Origin: the human T2T-CHM13v2.0 reference genome, Homo sapiens
Assembly: GCF_009914755.1 (NCBI RefSeq)
Contig: NC_060929.1
Strand: one strand, 5' to 3'
DNA length: 64,000 nucleotides
Position 1 is the stretch's first letter. Each line of letters opens with the position of its first letter. The translations under genes and the position numbers were made by a program. This document shows, one piece after another, positions 32,241-50,017 of this stretch. A model generated the notes under the pieces. It ran no database searches and was not told the DNA's origin. It worked only from the letters and a program-made list of their open reading frames with translations.

Positions 32241-33261
32241 GAAAACTAAAAATCAGATGCCTGTGTGGTTTCTACTAGTGGCTTTTATGTTAATGAAGGT
32301 TTCCCGACTCCCCTGCATTCTCAGCACTCACTGTGGCATGTGCTTTACTCAGAGGCTGGCAACCACACACAGTAACATCTTCACTCCCCGTAATCAATTT
32401 TGATTGGTGTTGGACACAGAGACCTTGGTTTGCAGCTTCCAGTGGAAGAATGACTGGAGAAATCATCACCTTGTCACATTCTTACAGGGCTATATTTTCA
32501 ACATCAAAATCATTTCCCCAGGAGAAACATGAAAATGGAAGTTTCCTTTTAAAACCTGCTCGTGAGTGTAGAAAATCACACAGGAGTTGGGGTACGGAAA
32601 CGGTGGCGTCTGTAAGTGTTGCTCTATGGGAAGGTGGGATAATGAGATTTCACCAAGGCCTGGATAGCAGGAGGCCTTGAAATTGTGCAATTGTGCTGAT
32701 GAAGTAGCAGCTGGAGCACACGTCTAGCATTCTCTTCCTTCAGAGGCCGTTTCAGGATTTCCTTTCATGGCAACTCACACATACTTCTTTGCTGGTTTGT
32801 ATTTGATTTAAATATCACGTATTGTGACATGATTTCTTCAATTTTCCTGATACTTTCATGCTAAAATGAGGGTGGGGCAAGAGCAAAGGCAGTAGCCGGG
32901 TATGAATTTGCCATTACCTGCCACGTAGGTAAGCAGGGAAGTACAATGGACACCGCGTATCTGGAAGAAGCTGACCAGGTGTACCACACGGTTTCTGGGG
33001 AAGGGATCAGAGGAGACTCCAGTGTGGTTCATTTAGAATCTTAGAATTCCAAAATAATTCAGAATTCTTTCACATCCATCTTAATATAGGTATTTGGTTA
33101 TACAAGTGGTGATGGAAGAAGTGAAAAGGCAGACAGGATGGGGCGGTAACCCAGAGTGTAATAACAATGGGAAACTGTCGCCACCTCTAGTTTAGGAAAA
33201 GCAAAGTTGAAAATAGATACATGTTAATGTATTAGAAATCTCAGTACTATAAAGAAGTCAG

Positions 33262-34297
33262 GGGAGGGCGGCCAAGATGGCCAAATAGGAACAGCTCTGG
33301 TCTACAGCTCCCAGCATGAGCGACGCAGAAGATGGGTGATTTCTGCATTTCCATCTGAGGTACCGGGTTCATCTCACCAGGGAGTGCCAGACAGTGGGCA
33401 CAGGACAATGGGTGCAGCGCACTGTGCATGAGCCGAAGCAGGGCGAGGCATTACCTCACTCAGGAAGCACAAGGGGTCAGGGAGTTCCCTTTCCTAGTCA
33501 GAGAAGGGGGTGACAGACAGCACCTGGAGAATCGGGTCACTCCCACCCTAATACTGCGCTTTTCTGACGGGCTTAAAAAACAGCACACCAGGAGATTATA
33601 TCCTGCACCTGGCTTGGAGGGTCCTATGCCCACAGAGTCTCACTGATTGCTAGCACAGCAGTCTGAGATCGAACGGCAAGGCGGCAGCGAGGCTGGGGGA
33701 GGGGCGCCCACCATTGCCCAGGCTTGCTTAGGTAAACAAAGCAGCCAGGAAGCTCGAACTAGGTGGAGCCCACCACAGCTCAAGGAGGCCTGCCTGCCTC
33801 TGTAGGCTCCACCTCTGGGGGCAGGGCACAAACAAACAAAAAGACAGCAGTAACCTCTGCAGACTTAAATGTCCCTGTCTGACAGCTTTGAAGAGAACAG
33901 CTGTTCTCCCAGCATGCAGCTGGAGATCTGAGAACGGGCAGACTGCCTCCTCAAGTGGGTCCCTGACCCCTGACCCCCGAGCAGCCTAACTGGGAGGCAC
34001 CCCCCAGTAGGGGCAGACTGACTCCTCACACGGCTGGGTACTCCTCTGAGACAAAACTTCCAGAGGAACGATCAGACAGCGGCATTCGCGGTTCACGAAA
34101 ATCTGCTGGTCTGCAGCCACCGCTGCTGATACCCAGGGAAACAGGGTCTGGAATGGACTTCTAGCAAACTCCAACAGACCTGCAGCTGAGGGTCCTGTCT
34201 GTTAGAAGGAAAACTAACAAACAGAAAGGACATCCACACCAAAAACCCATCTGTACATCACCATCATCAAAAACCAAAAGTAGATAAAACCACAAAG
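33262..34297 (+). promoter_or_regulatory. L1 5' UTR internal promoter (YY1 site GCCAAGATGGCC at 33271-33282; antisense promoter region)
   Basis: Position and sequence match the L1PA 5' UTR; activity not demonstrated. Confidence 0.75.
33640..33714 (-). pseudogene. L1 ORF0 truncated at 24 aa
   Basis: MVGAPPPASLPPCRSISDCCASNQ* matches the ORF0 N-terminus. Confidence 0.8.
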
Positions 34298-35312
34298 ATG
34301 GGAAAAAAACAGAGCAGAAAAACTGGAAACTCTAAAAAGCAGAGCGCCTCTCCTCCTCCAAAGGAACACAGTTCCTCACCAGCAATGGAACAAAGCTGGA
34401 CGGAGAATGACTTTGACAAGTTGAGAGAAGAAGGCTTCAGACGATCAAACTACTCCAAGCTACAGGAGGAAATTCAAACCAAAGGCAAAGAAGTTAAAAA
34501 CTTTGAAAAATTTAGACGAATGTATAACTAGAAAAACCAATACAGAGAAGTGCTTAAAGGAGCTGATGGAGCTGAAAGCCAAGGCTCAAGAACTACGTGA
34601 AGAATGTAGAAGCCTCAGGAGCCGATGTGATCAACTGGAAGAAAGGGTATCAGTGATGGAAAATGAAATGAATGAAATGAAGCGAGAAGGGAAGTTTAGA
34701 GAAAAAAGAATAAAAAGAAATGAACAAAGCCTCCAAGAAATATGGGACTATGTGAAAAGACCAAATCTACGTCTGATTGATGTACCTGAAAGTGATGAGG
34801 ATAATGGAACCAAGTTGGAAAACACTCTGCAGGATACTATCCAGGAGAACTTCCCCAATCTAGCAAGGCAGGCCAACATTCAGATTCAGGAAATACAGAG
34901 AATGCAACAAAGATACTCCTCGAGAAGAGCAACTCCAAGACACATAATTATCAGGTTCACCAAAGTTGAAATGAAGGAAAAAATATTAAGGGCAGCCAGA
35001 GAGAAAGGTCGGGTTACCCTCAAAGGGAAGCCCATCAGACTAACAGTGGATCTCTCAGCAGAAACCCTACAAGCCAGAAGAGAGTGGGGGCCAACATTCA
35101 ACATTCTTAAAGACAAGAATTTTCAACCCAGAATTTCATATCCAGCCAAACTAAGCTTCATAAGTGAAGGAGAAATAAAATACTTTACAGACAAGCAAAT
35201 GCTGAGAGATTTTGTCACCACCAGGCCTGCCCTAAAAGAGCTCCTGAAGGAAGCACTAAACATGGAAAGGAACAAGCGGTACCAGCTGCTGCAAAATCAT
35301 GCCAAAATGTAA
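34298..35312 (+). pseudogene. L1 ORF1p, frameshifted near 34505-34510
   Basis: MGKKQSRKTGNSK.. (34298) continues in another frame (34503-35312: REKGR, ARREW, YPAKLS..QNHAKM). Confidence 0.93.
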
Positions 35313-35357
35313 AGACCATCAAGACTAGGAAGAAACTGCAACTAAGGAGCAAAATAA

Positions 35358-39193
<3,836 letters not shown>

Positions 39194-39473
39194 ACAATGA
39201 GAACACATGGACACAGGAAGGGTAACATCACGCTCTGGGGACTGTTGTGGGGTGGGGGGAGGGGGGAGGGCTAGCATTAGGAGATATACCTAATGCTAAA
39301 TGACGAGTTAATGGGTGCAGCACACCATGGCACATGTAAACATATGTAACTTACCTGCACATTGTGCACATGTACCCTAAAACTTAAAGTATAATAAGAA
39401 TAAGATAAAAAATAAAAAATAAATAATTAAATAAAACTTCTTATAGTTCCCTAAAAAAAAAAAAAGAAGTCAG

Positions 39474-39850
39474 TTCTCCCCAAATTGAGCATACATTCAA
39501 GGCGATCTTAATCATAACTGCCAGAACATTTTCTTTGGAAATTAGCAAGTTGACTCTAAAGTTATATGGAAATGTAAAGGATCTAGAATAACCAAAATAA
39601 TTTTGAGAAAGAACAAAGTTGAAAGATTTAAAATTGTTGACTTCAAGAGTTACTAAAAACCTATAGTAATCAAGAGAGTATGGTGTTGGTATAAGACAAG
39701 AAAGATCAACAAAAGAAATAAAAAGTCCAGAAATAGACGTTCACTTATAAGATCAACTGATTTCTCATAAAGGTGTCATAGCAACTTAATGGGGGAATTA
39801 ATGATTTTGAATAAATGATGCTGGAATACCTGGATATCTGTGGATAAAAG
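39474..39850 (+). mobile_element. Ancient L1M ORF2 fragment that was the target of the L1PA4 insertion (upstream part ~33217-33261)
   Basis: ..ACTATAAAGAAGTCAG|TTCTCCCCAAATTG rejoins as L1M ORF2; GACTTCAAGAGTTACT..GTAATCAAGA..TGGTGTTGG. Confidence 0.8.
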
Positions 39851-40629
39851 AGGCATTTATGTAATTCCACTTGCTCATTGAATTCAAATGCAATCAGAAT
39901 TTGTAAGGAAAGCCAATGGACTTGACATGAAAAGGTGACGTTGCTGAAACCCTTTCAGTGGAGTTTACGGACAGAAGGTAGAATGTTGAGGTTTGAGGGG
40001 GTGGAAGTGGCAATGAGGATGCTGAGAAGAGACGATCGTCAGGAAGTGAGGCAGTGAAGCAATCACTAAGGAAGCAAAGTAGATTGGAACTCAGACAACA
40101 GAGCTGTGATGGGACCTTTTTATTCACGATGAGAGCTCAACAATTTCAAGATGAAGGGAGGGCTGAGAGGCAGAAGGAAGATCGCTGATGGCTCTCATGA
40201 GCCCAGCAGAGAGGAGGAGATGCTGTCTGTACTAAAGCCAGAAGGCTTGGGAATGGAGAGAACTACTCCTGCCTCAGAGTAGCAGAGAACGAGGTGCAAA
40301 CAGGAGCAAAGCTGTGCACAGATGTGTAGGAGGGAGACAGAGAGTGTTTGCCTGCCAGCCTCAACCCCCTGGGTGCAGTGGGTAGGGTAGTTTGGAATCC
40401 CAGACAGTGGAACAGGGAAGCAGCCACTGTGCCCTGTCCCAACCAATGGTCAGAGCCCTGCTGCACCTGGAACCGTAGACTTGTCTTTGGCTTCTTGAGC
40501 CCTGGTTCTCCAGGAGCTGCACCTCAGAAGTGGAAAGGCATCTTTTCATAAGGAATCATTTACATGTAAATTGCTTATTAACTGTTCATAGTAATTCACC
40601 TCAAGATGCATATGGAAATCCACCAGGGT

Positions 40630-41540
<911 letters not shown>

Positions 41541-42297
41541 TTTAGGAATTGGAAGGAGGTAAGAAATGCTGGGGGCTTTTCTTACTTAAATATCTTGCCT
41601 ATCTCTTGTCTTTTGTCTTCCTGGTCTCCTTCCTTGTGCCTTTGTTGGCTAAAACTCTAAAAATTGAAGAAACAGCATTGCTTGGGCCACGTGTGGAATG
41701 CATAGCAATCATAAGATTAACAAGTTCCACCCTATTCTACATTTTTTTCCTAAATATGTAATATGCATGCGTGATGTTCTTGTTTTTCGGAAAAATGAGA
41801 ATTATATAATAAGTCCTAAATATAGAATTTGTGGCAGAAACTTCAGAAATATTAATTAACTGTTCACAATTCAATGCAGGGTCTTGCTGCATAAATTCTT
41901 ATTAAGCCAGAATGTGAATAGTACAAAACCAATGAATGAATATTTTATGCGTGATTCAGCAAGAGATTAGGAATGCCAAACCATTATGATAGGGAATTAA
42001 AAAGGAACTTAGAAAATCACAGCAACTAAAATGTTCACAATCAAGATGATTTGAGGTTTTTTTTTTTTCTTAAACAAGAGGCTTTTCAAGCTACCTAAAC
42101 TGTATCTTTTCGTTAATTTAGTTTTATTGAGCTGGCCATGATAAAGAACTTCAGCATATTTTATATCATTTTATACTTGTTTTACTGGAGTGATTCACTT
42201 TAATTTTGCCTTCTGTGTATGATTTTTCTCTCAGAGATAGCTGACCCCAATACAATATATGAAGGAGTTAGCTTATAAAAACTGGACCTAACTACCA

Positions 42298-43028
<731 letters not shown>

Positions 43029-43051
43029 AACACCAAAAAAAAAAAAAAGCT

Positions 43052-43365
43052 ATTTTTTAATTGAGGTAAAACATGCACATGTCTTTTACCATCTTTACCA
43101 TTTTTAAATGTACAGTTCAGTTGTAGGTAATAAATAGATTTATATTCGTTTTATCCCTTTCATCCTCCTCCCCTTCCCAGCCTCTGGTAACCACCAATCT
43201 ACTCTCTATCTTCATGAGATCCATGTTTTAGCTCCCATGTATGAGTGAGAACATGCAATATTTGTTTTTCTGTGCTTGGTTTATTTCACTTAACATAATG
43301 GCCCTCAGTTCCATCCATGTTGCAAATGACAGGATATCATTCTTTGAATGGCTAAATAATATTTT
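43052..43365 (-). mobile_element. L1MA 3' end
   Basis: CCCAGCCTCTGGTAACCACCAATCTACTCTCTATCTTCATGAGATCC..GAGTGAGAACATGCAATATTTG. Confidence 0.85.
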
Positions 43366-44388
43366 ACCTAGTTATCGGGTAAAATATTCACTTCAGTTTG
43401 CTTTTTCAAAATAGTTGTAGCTGTTCTAGGACCTTGCCTTCCTGTGTGACAATCAATTGATTTATCCGTTGGTCTATCTATCGCTCGTGAGCCCTATCTG
43501 TCTATTTTTAACTAAAGCATTTTAATCAGTGGCTCAGGATACATGAGGGTGTAATTCACACTACATGTCTTTGTCTTCTGTAACTGCTATTATCTTGCTT
43601 CCTTGTTTTATGCCTCATGTGCACATTCTTCAAAAACATTCACTTAATTGGAAACTAAAGGGCATTCGCCTCTAAGCTTTGACAGCAGTGACCTTAGCTA
43701 AGTCAATGCTTAGGGCCTTTGAATTCATAGGAAGACTCCTATGAGTCAAGATTTTGAACATGATAGAAATGACATTTTTAATTCAAATATTTAGTTGTTC
43801 ACAGCACCTTTATTTAGTAAGTGACACACTCAGATAAGACTATATTTTAAGCAACATAAGCTTACTTAGAAATAATATAAATGGACTTTTTCATGTTATA
43901 TATTCTATTCCTGATGACCATAATCTCTTGCACCCTGGCAGAGATTTTATGAAACAGAAACCAAGTTTGACCCTAAAGATTAATAACACATGCAGCAATT
44001 GAAAGTTAGCTGCAAAGAAATAGAGAAAAGTATAATAAATATATATCTGTATTCCTTAAAACCCAGTGGAACTGAGAGGAAGAGAGAACATAATAGAGTA
44101 GCCTGAAAATACATTTTTGCTGAGTAAATTTTCCATCATCCAGGATAAAAAATATATATTCTCATTCATATTCTTCCAAGGCCATACATTTTATAATTTG
44201 CAGTGATGCAATATTCCAGAAAATGCTCCCATAACTATTGTTGTAAGCAATACAAGTAGGATATGATTTTTAAGGTTTAAAATAAGTGAACTGTTAATTT
44301 TCTGTTACTAAGTCACCTCTCCTAAACTTCTTGATTCTTTAGGAAATGGACTGAGTTTTGAAAAAATGTAATCGGCCACAATTAACTC

Positions 44389-44413
44389 TGTGTGTGTGTG
44401 TGTGTGTGTGTGT
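44389..44413. repeat. (TG)n microsatellite
   Basis: Direct reading. Confidence 0.9.
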
Positions 44414-45319
44414 TTCCAGATTTAAAGTTAGAATATATTAAAAAGCTAGACAATATTAAAGCTAGATTATATTAAGCTGAGAAACAGACAGAACATTGTT
44501 TTCCTAGAGAACTCATATATTTAGATGGCTGAAAACAGATTATTTTATAACAGATTATTAACTAGTTACTATTATTCAGATATGACAGACTCAATCTTCT
44601 ATATATCTTAAGAAAAAACTTGTGACCACATATCAAGTAAGCATTTTAAATATAGGATGAATCTTTTTAGGTAAACAGTGAAAACTTAGCCTGGAGCTGT
44701 ATCCACACCACAGCACATGTTTTGGAATGAAGTCAGCGGGGATAGCTGGGCAGGATGAGCTGTTTCTTTGCATTAGCATCGTGAGTCCCTCACGGCCAGC
44801 ATGTTGCCATCACTTTTGCTTTTCTCGCCCCCAGAGTAGAACTACAAATAATAGAAGATATTAAATGCCTATGGTTTGCACAGAGCCATCCTGGATTGGT
44901 GGGAACAAGTAGCCATTGGGGTCAGACAAACATGCATAATGTCTGTATCAAACAAGGCAGAAGTTGCCAAGTTCCAAAGGACAAGCACGACGTGGCAGGG
45001 CACTCATGGGAAGCAGAGGCTACCAGTGATTGAGGAGGGGCAGGAAGAGTCTAATGGAAGAAGAGCCATGTTCACCCAATTCTGAATGTGTTTTGGCAGA
45101 TAAAGCAGTAGGTCCTGGCCGCTTAAAGAAAAAAAAAAAAGGAAGAAGGAATCTTCAATAATAGCTCCAGCAGAGAGAAAGCCATTAGCGGGCTGAGAGC
45201 CAGGAGAACTGTGCTGTGAAAACGAACAATAAGAAAAGGCACTGGATTCAGCCACTTTGAGGAATAGCTCCAAAGAGAAGTGAGGGCCCACATTAATTCA
45301 ATAAGTAGAAGTTTTCAAT

Positions 45320-45780
45320 TTTTACTCCAACATATGTTTCTTGAGCGCCCATTGCATGTTAATCGCTGGGATAGAGTAGAGACAGCGAGCCCTTCTGCTC
45401 TGCCTTCCGGAACCTTGTAGTTTGGTGGTTGAGGCAGATGACAGGATCTGCGAGGGGTAATTAAGGAGAAGAGCCAGAGGCCACAGAAGGTGATAGTGAG
45501 GGGTCTCATTTGAGCCACATGGGCCACTGAGTGCTTTGATGCTAGGGCTGGTGTGATCCAGGTCACTCCAGTGGACTGGGGTGCGCAAGAATGGAAGGGG
45601 GGCACCCAGGATGCTCACAGCAATCCAGGCAAGATGAGAGAATGCCAGAGAGAGAGGCAACTTCGTATATTGAAGGTAGACTTTGGAGATGATTGGTAAA
45701 TCTTAGCAATGCACGTGAGAGGGTGGGAGAGATTTCTGGGTACGGAGCCTGAGCAGCTAGGGGTGCCATTCTCTGCAAAA
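45320..45780 (-). mobile_element. LINE-2 3' fragment
   Basis: CTCCAACATATGTTTCTTGAGCGCCCATTG..CTGCCTTCCGGAACCTTGTAGTTTGGTGG. Confidence 0.6.
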
Positions 45781-48700
45781 GAGATGGCTGAAAAAGGAGC
45801 AGCTTGGGGCAGGAAAGAAAATAACAGTAATACTGGAAATAATAAGCAAATCAGGTAAGACCTACCTGGAAGCATTTTTTTTTTTTTCTGAGCAGTTGGT
45901 ATCTGTTGTCTCCCTACAACCCCACAGCATCTCCATTTTGCAAAAGAGAAAACTGAAGACAAAGAGGATAGGCAAATGACCTAAGGTCACACACGAGCAG
46001 GACAGCCAGATGGCCACCCAGGACATCTGAATTTGTTTTAGGAAACAATGTCTTTGAGATGCATGTGGGAAATGCACATGGAAAGACATAAACATGAGAC
46101 CCTTCCACATGAGCCAGGAGCTCAGAAGGTGATCTTCACTGCAGACAGACTATTGGCAATCTCTGGTATAAGGAGAAGGCATTTATTGAAGAGTGAGTGA
46201 AAGCTGAGTACAAGAGGCAGATATTACAGTGTCTTCTTTCAAGCAGAAAAGGAAAGAAGAGATGAGACGCATCCACAGGGAGTAAGGGAAGGTGGTTCAA
46301 GGACAGGGCAGATTAGACAAGATCCCCCTCCACTTCCACAAAGACAGTGGAAGATGCAAGGGTATCATCGAGCTGGAGCCTGAGGACTGCAGAGCATGGA
46401 GGGGTGAGGCCGTTGGCTGGGGGCACAGTGAGTGAGGCAGCAGGAGGAAGCTTTAGTCCCAGGCTAGTGTCACCCAGTGCAGGTGGAAGCCGCAGAAGAA
46501 TCATGGCACAGATGCTCTGAAGAACAGCTCAGACTAAGTGAGCACTCTACAAACACAAACTCAGACAAGACCTGCAGCAAACAACAATAAGGAACATCTT
46601 CCCCTACTTCATAAGTGAGAGGCATGAGAGCAGGCATCATACATTTGCACTCAAAGCTGTTTCATATTTTCTGAGGATGGTTCCAAGCAGATCTCTCTCT
46701 TTACTTCCACAGAAGAAGAAAAATAAATAAATTTCTGATAAGCTGAATTCTAGCAGAGTGTGGGAGAAAGGATGTTTTTTGAAATATTGGGAATAAAAAA
46801 TATCTATTGCAACCCACGGTCATTAGTTTGTGTGTTTACTTTGGGGACTCTACATAGATATCCTTATGGCTTGAAGTAAGAATGGGATTGAGCCGTTTAT
46901 TAAGTGCCTGGCTATTTGAGTTTCCAGGAGGAATAACGGCCTATCTAATGTAATGTGCTGGAAGTGGATCCCACATCAGCTGAGGTCAGGAGACCAGAGC
47001 ACAGTCAATGGGCCCATGGGGAACACTGGGCACTGCGCTGTGGACTCCTCCTGTGGTCTTGCGCTGCAGCAAGACCTGATCTCTGGACTCTGATCTTGTG
47101 CTACAAAACCTGATGACATCCCATTTCCAACCCCACTTCCTTCTCCTGGGCAGACAAATAAGGCAATTCTCAGTTTCCCCTGCAGCTCTGCTGGGGCTGT
47201 GTGATTGAATTCTGGACAACAGAATCTGAATAGATGTAATAGAAGCCAATTTTTAGGTGTGACCATAAGCCCCATTTCCCAGATATCCTCTTTGTCTCTC
47301 CCCATTTGCATAGCTGGAAGTCAAGAAGTCCAATATTTCAAAGGAGCACACGAAGCGGGATGGCTGAGTTACAGTTATTTTTTACAACAGGTAAAATCAT
47401 GCATTTTTCATTAACTGTTCTGCCAATGCTGAAAGTTAAAGTTAAGGACAGCAAGCCCAGAAGCAAGGAGCAGGGGGAGGCTGGGGGATCCAGGGACGGA
47501 GGCTGGAGAGCATGGGCAGGTTGGAAAGTCTCAGAGGAGGGAAAATCAGCTGGGATTGCAGCTTGAAGGGTGTGGGAAAGGTTAAGTGCCTCTCAGGGAT
47601 TTTTTGTATGAAACATTAATTGCTTTCTGATTGTAAAAGGAATACCAATTCATCACACAGGATTTGGAAGACAATAAAGATATAAAGAAGAAAAATGAAA
47701 GCATTGATAAGATCATTACTGAATAGCCACTACCAAGATTTGGTAGTATTTGCTTCAAACATACATGAGCACTGGGAGCTCTCCTGGGGTGGTTTGCAAT
47801 AACCTGCTTTGCAACCCTAACTGTCTGTGAGTAATGGCATGAGTGTACAGGAGCGTTAATTACCTCCACAGTTGGTGGGTAACATCCTGAGTGCTTGCAG
47901 GAATACCTGCTGTTGGTATGACCAGAGGTCAATTGTCTCTTGTAATAAATCAGGTAGATAGACATTCTAGAAAGCATTTTACTTTACTGAGACACAAAAT
48001 TCAAATTCCTTGCTGTGTAACTCTGCCAGCCTGAGAATTATTGCTGGCTGTTAATTATTCTTTGTATTGTATTTGAGACACAAGAAATTGTTGAAGTGAC
48101 TTACTGTTTATAATTAGAAGCTATGATTAAAACTGCTTTAACATTACCCTGGGGCCCTCTCTCCAACATGAAATGATTTCTATAAAAGTGTCAGTGGGTG
48201 GTTTGGAAGAGAAATGTTGGCCTCCTCCCTGGTAACTACTTTTCCACCTACAGAGCTGCTCCGATGTCATGGGAAGTCTCCTCAAAGCCCCAGCTCTGGT
48301 AATTAAATGAAACACAACCATCCTACACCACAATGGCTGGGCACTCTCCCACGGAATATCCAAAGAAGACAGGAATGAGAAGAATCAGCCATCAATTGCG
48401 TTTTAAAATTTAAAATTAAAAGAAGTATTTATATTTCATATTTCCCTTAATGCAAATTTTTGACATTTTCTAAATTTCTACTTATTTTGTATAAAAATGA
48501 GCTTATGATATAATAAATGATGACTCCCATATGTTACAAAAACTTGGGTTTTTATTTCAAAAATGAGCACAGACCCATGCTATAACTTTCTAAGGGCTTT
48601 AATTGTTTCCCCAAACCAATAAAATTAAAATGACATCTCACAATGGAGTGCTCTATTGCTGTATCTCTTGGATGAGAAAGAAGGAATGGTTCAAATGGAA

Positions 48701-48813
48701 GAATGAAAGGAAATGAAGAGAAACTATCTGCTAAGAGGGTCATGTGGCTGTTCAGACTAGCACTGTGTTTGTCCTGATTCTTTAGTCCTGTGACATTTGA
48801 CATTTTTATTTGT

Positions 48814-48972
48814 AAAGATGACAGGTTGATGGCTGCAGCAAACCACCGTGGCACATGTATACCTGTGTAACAAACCTGCACATTCTGCACATGTATCCCA
48901 GAACATGTGCAGAACTTAAAGTAAAATTAAAATAAATAAATAAATAATAAAAATTAAAATGAAAATACAAAA
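48814..48972 (+). mobile_element. Short L1PA7/8-like 3' end with A-tail
   Basis: GATGACAGGTTGATGG..GCAGCAAACCACC.TGGCACATGTATACCT..AACAAACCTGCACATTCTGCAC. Confidence 0.88.
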
Positions 48973-49713
48973 ATTCAATGGTTGAAAGGGGGAAAGTGTG
49001 AGGCCCTTTTTATTGTGCAAATCACTGGTTGCTCAAGAACCTTAAACAAGACTCACCCACACCTTAGGGTCACCAACTACTATGAGCTACTATGAATCAG
49101 TCATGCATGGCAAAGTGGTTGGTGATGCAGAAAAATTCTTTGGCGTTAGAGAAAGTGTGACCTACATCATTGAATTCTGTCAATGGAAGGGTCAGCTCAA
49201 GTATCTGATCCTTCAGATAATGTCTATTGATTTCTTTGGCATTGGGAAAAATGTTGAGAACACAAAGAAACAAGACATGATCCCTGACCCCCATGGAAGG
49301 GGGAGCAGGTAGGTCATGTGAACAAACAATTTGATAACATTTTACCAGTTCCTTAATGGAGATCAGAAGGGTAGGAGAAGGAGGAAGGCCACAAGCCGTT
49401 TCATAATGGAGAGACACTCCATAAAGAAGCTGAGACCTCAGCTAGATAGAACTGAGTAGGGGGCCACCAGCCAAGGCAGAGAGAGCCACAGATGCAAAGC
49501 AATAAAATCCCTGTGTTATTTGGAGAAGTGTCAGATACTGCCTTGTTCTCCAACTAAAGAAAGGCAAAGAGAAAAACAGGAAAGAAATTAAAAAGTGTTT
49601 ATTTCAAACAATTGAGAGAAGGAATTGGAATCCTTCCCTAGAGTCAACCTAACATTGACTATAGCTCAAAATGGTAGAGAAGATGTAAAATTAAAATTCT
49701 GATAATAAAATTA

Positions 49714-49829
49714 ATTTTTAGTAGAAATGAGGTCTGCATGGGCTGGTATCCAACTCCCAGCCTCAAGCAGTCCTCCTTCCCAGGTCTCTCAGTGTGCTGG
49801 AATTACAGGCATGAGCCGCCATGCCAGGC
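49714..49829 (-). mobile_element. FLAM/AluJ left monomer
   Basis: CTCAAGCAGTCCTCC..GTGCTGGAATTACAGGCATGAGCCGCCATGCC. Confidence 0.75.
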
Positions 49830-50017
49830 AGGATGCTCTTTCTGTCCATCAACATCTGTTTCACTTGAGGCCACCATATAAACAGAGGCTGGGATCCAGG
49901 AAACCCCTCCTGATTTCTCAAATAAATAAGTCTTTCTCTTTATTTCTCATACCACTTCCTTCCTGGGTTATGGCACTTAGAACAGCGTGTGCTTGCATCT
50001 TGATAGTGTGCTTCTCA

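Noticed and set aside
33174-33192. CTCF-like GTCGCCACCTCTAG upstream of the L1
   Set aside because: Only half of the core motif matches.
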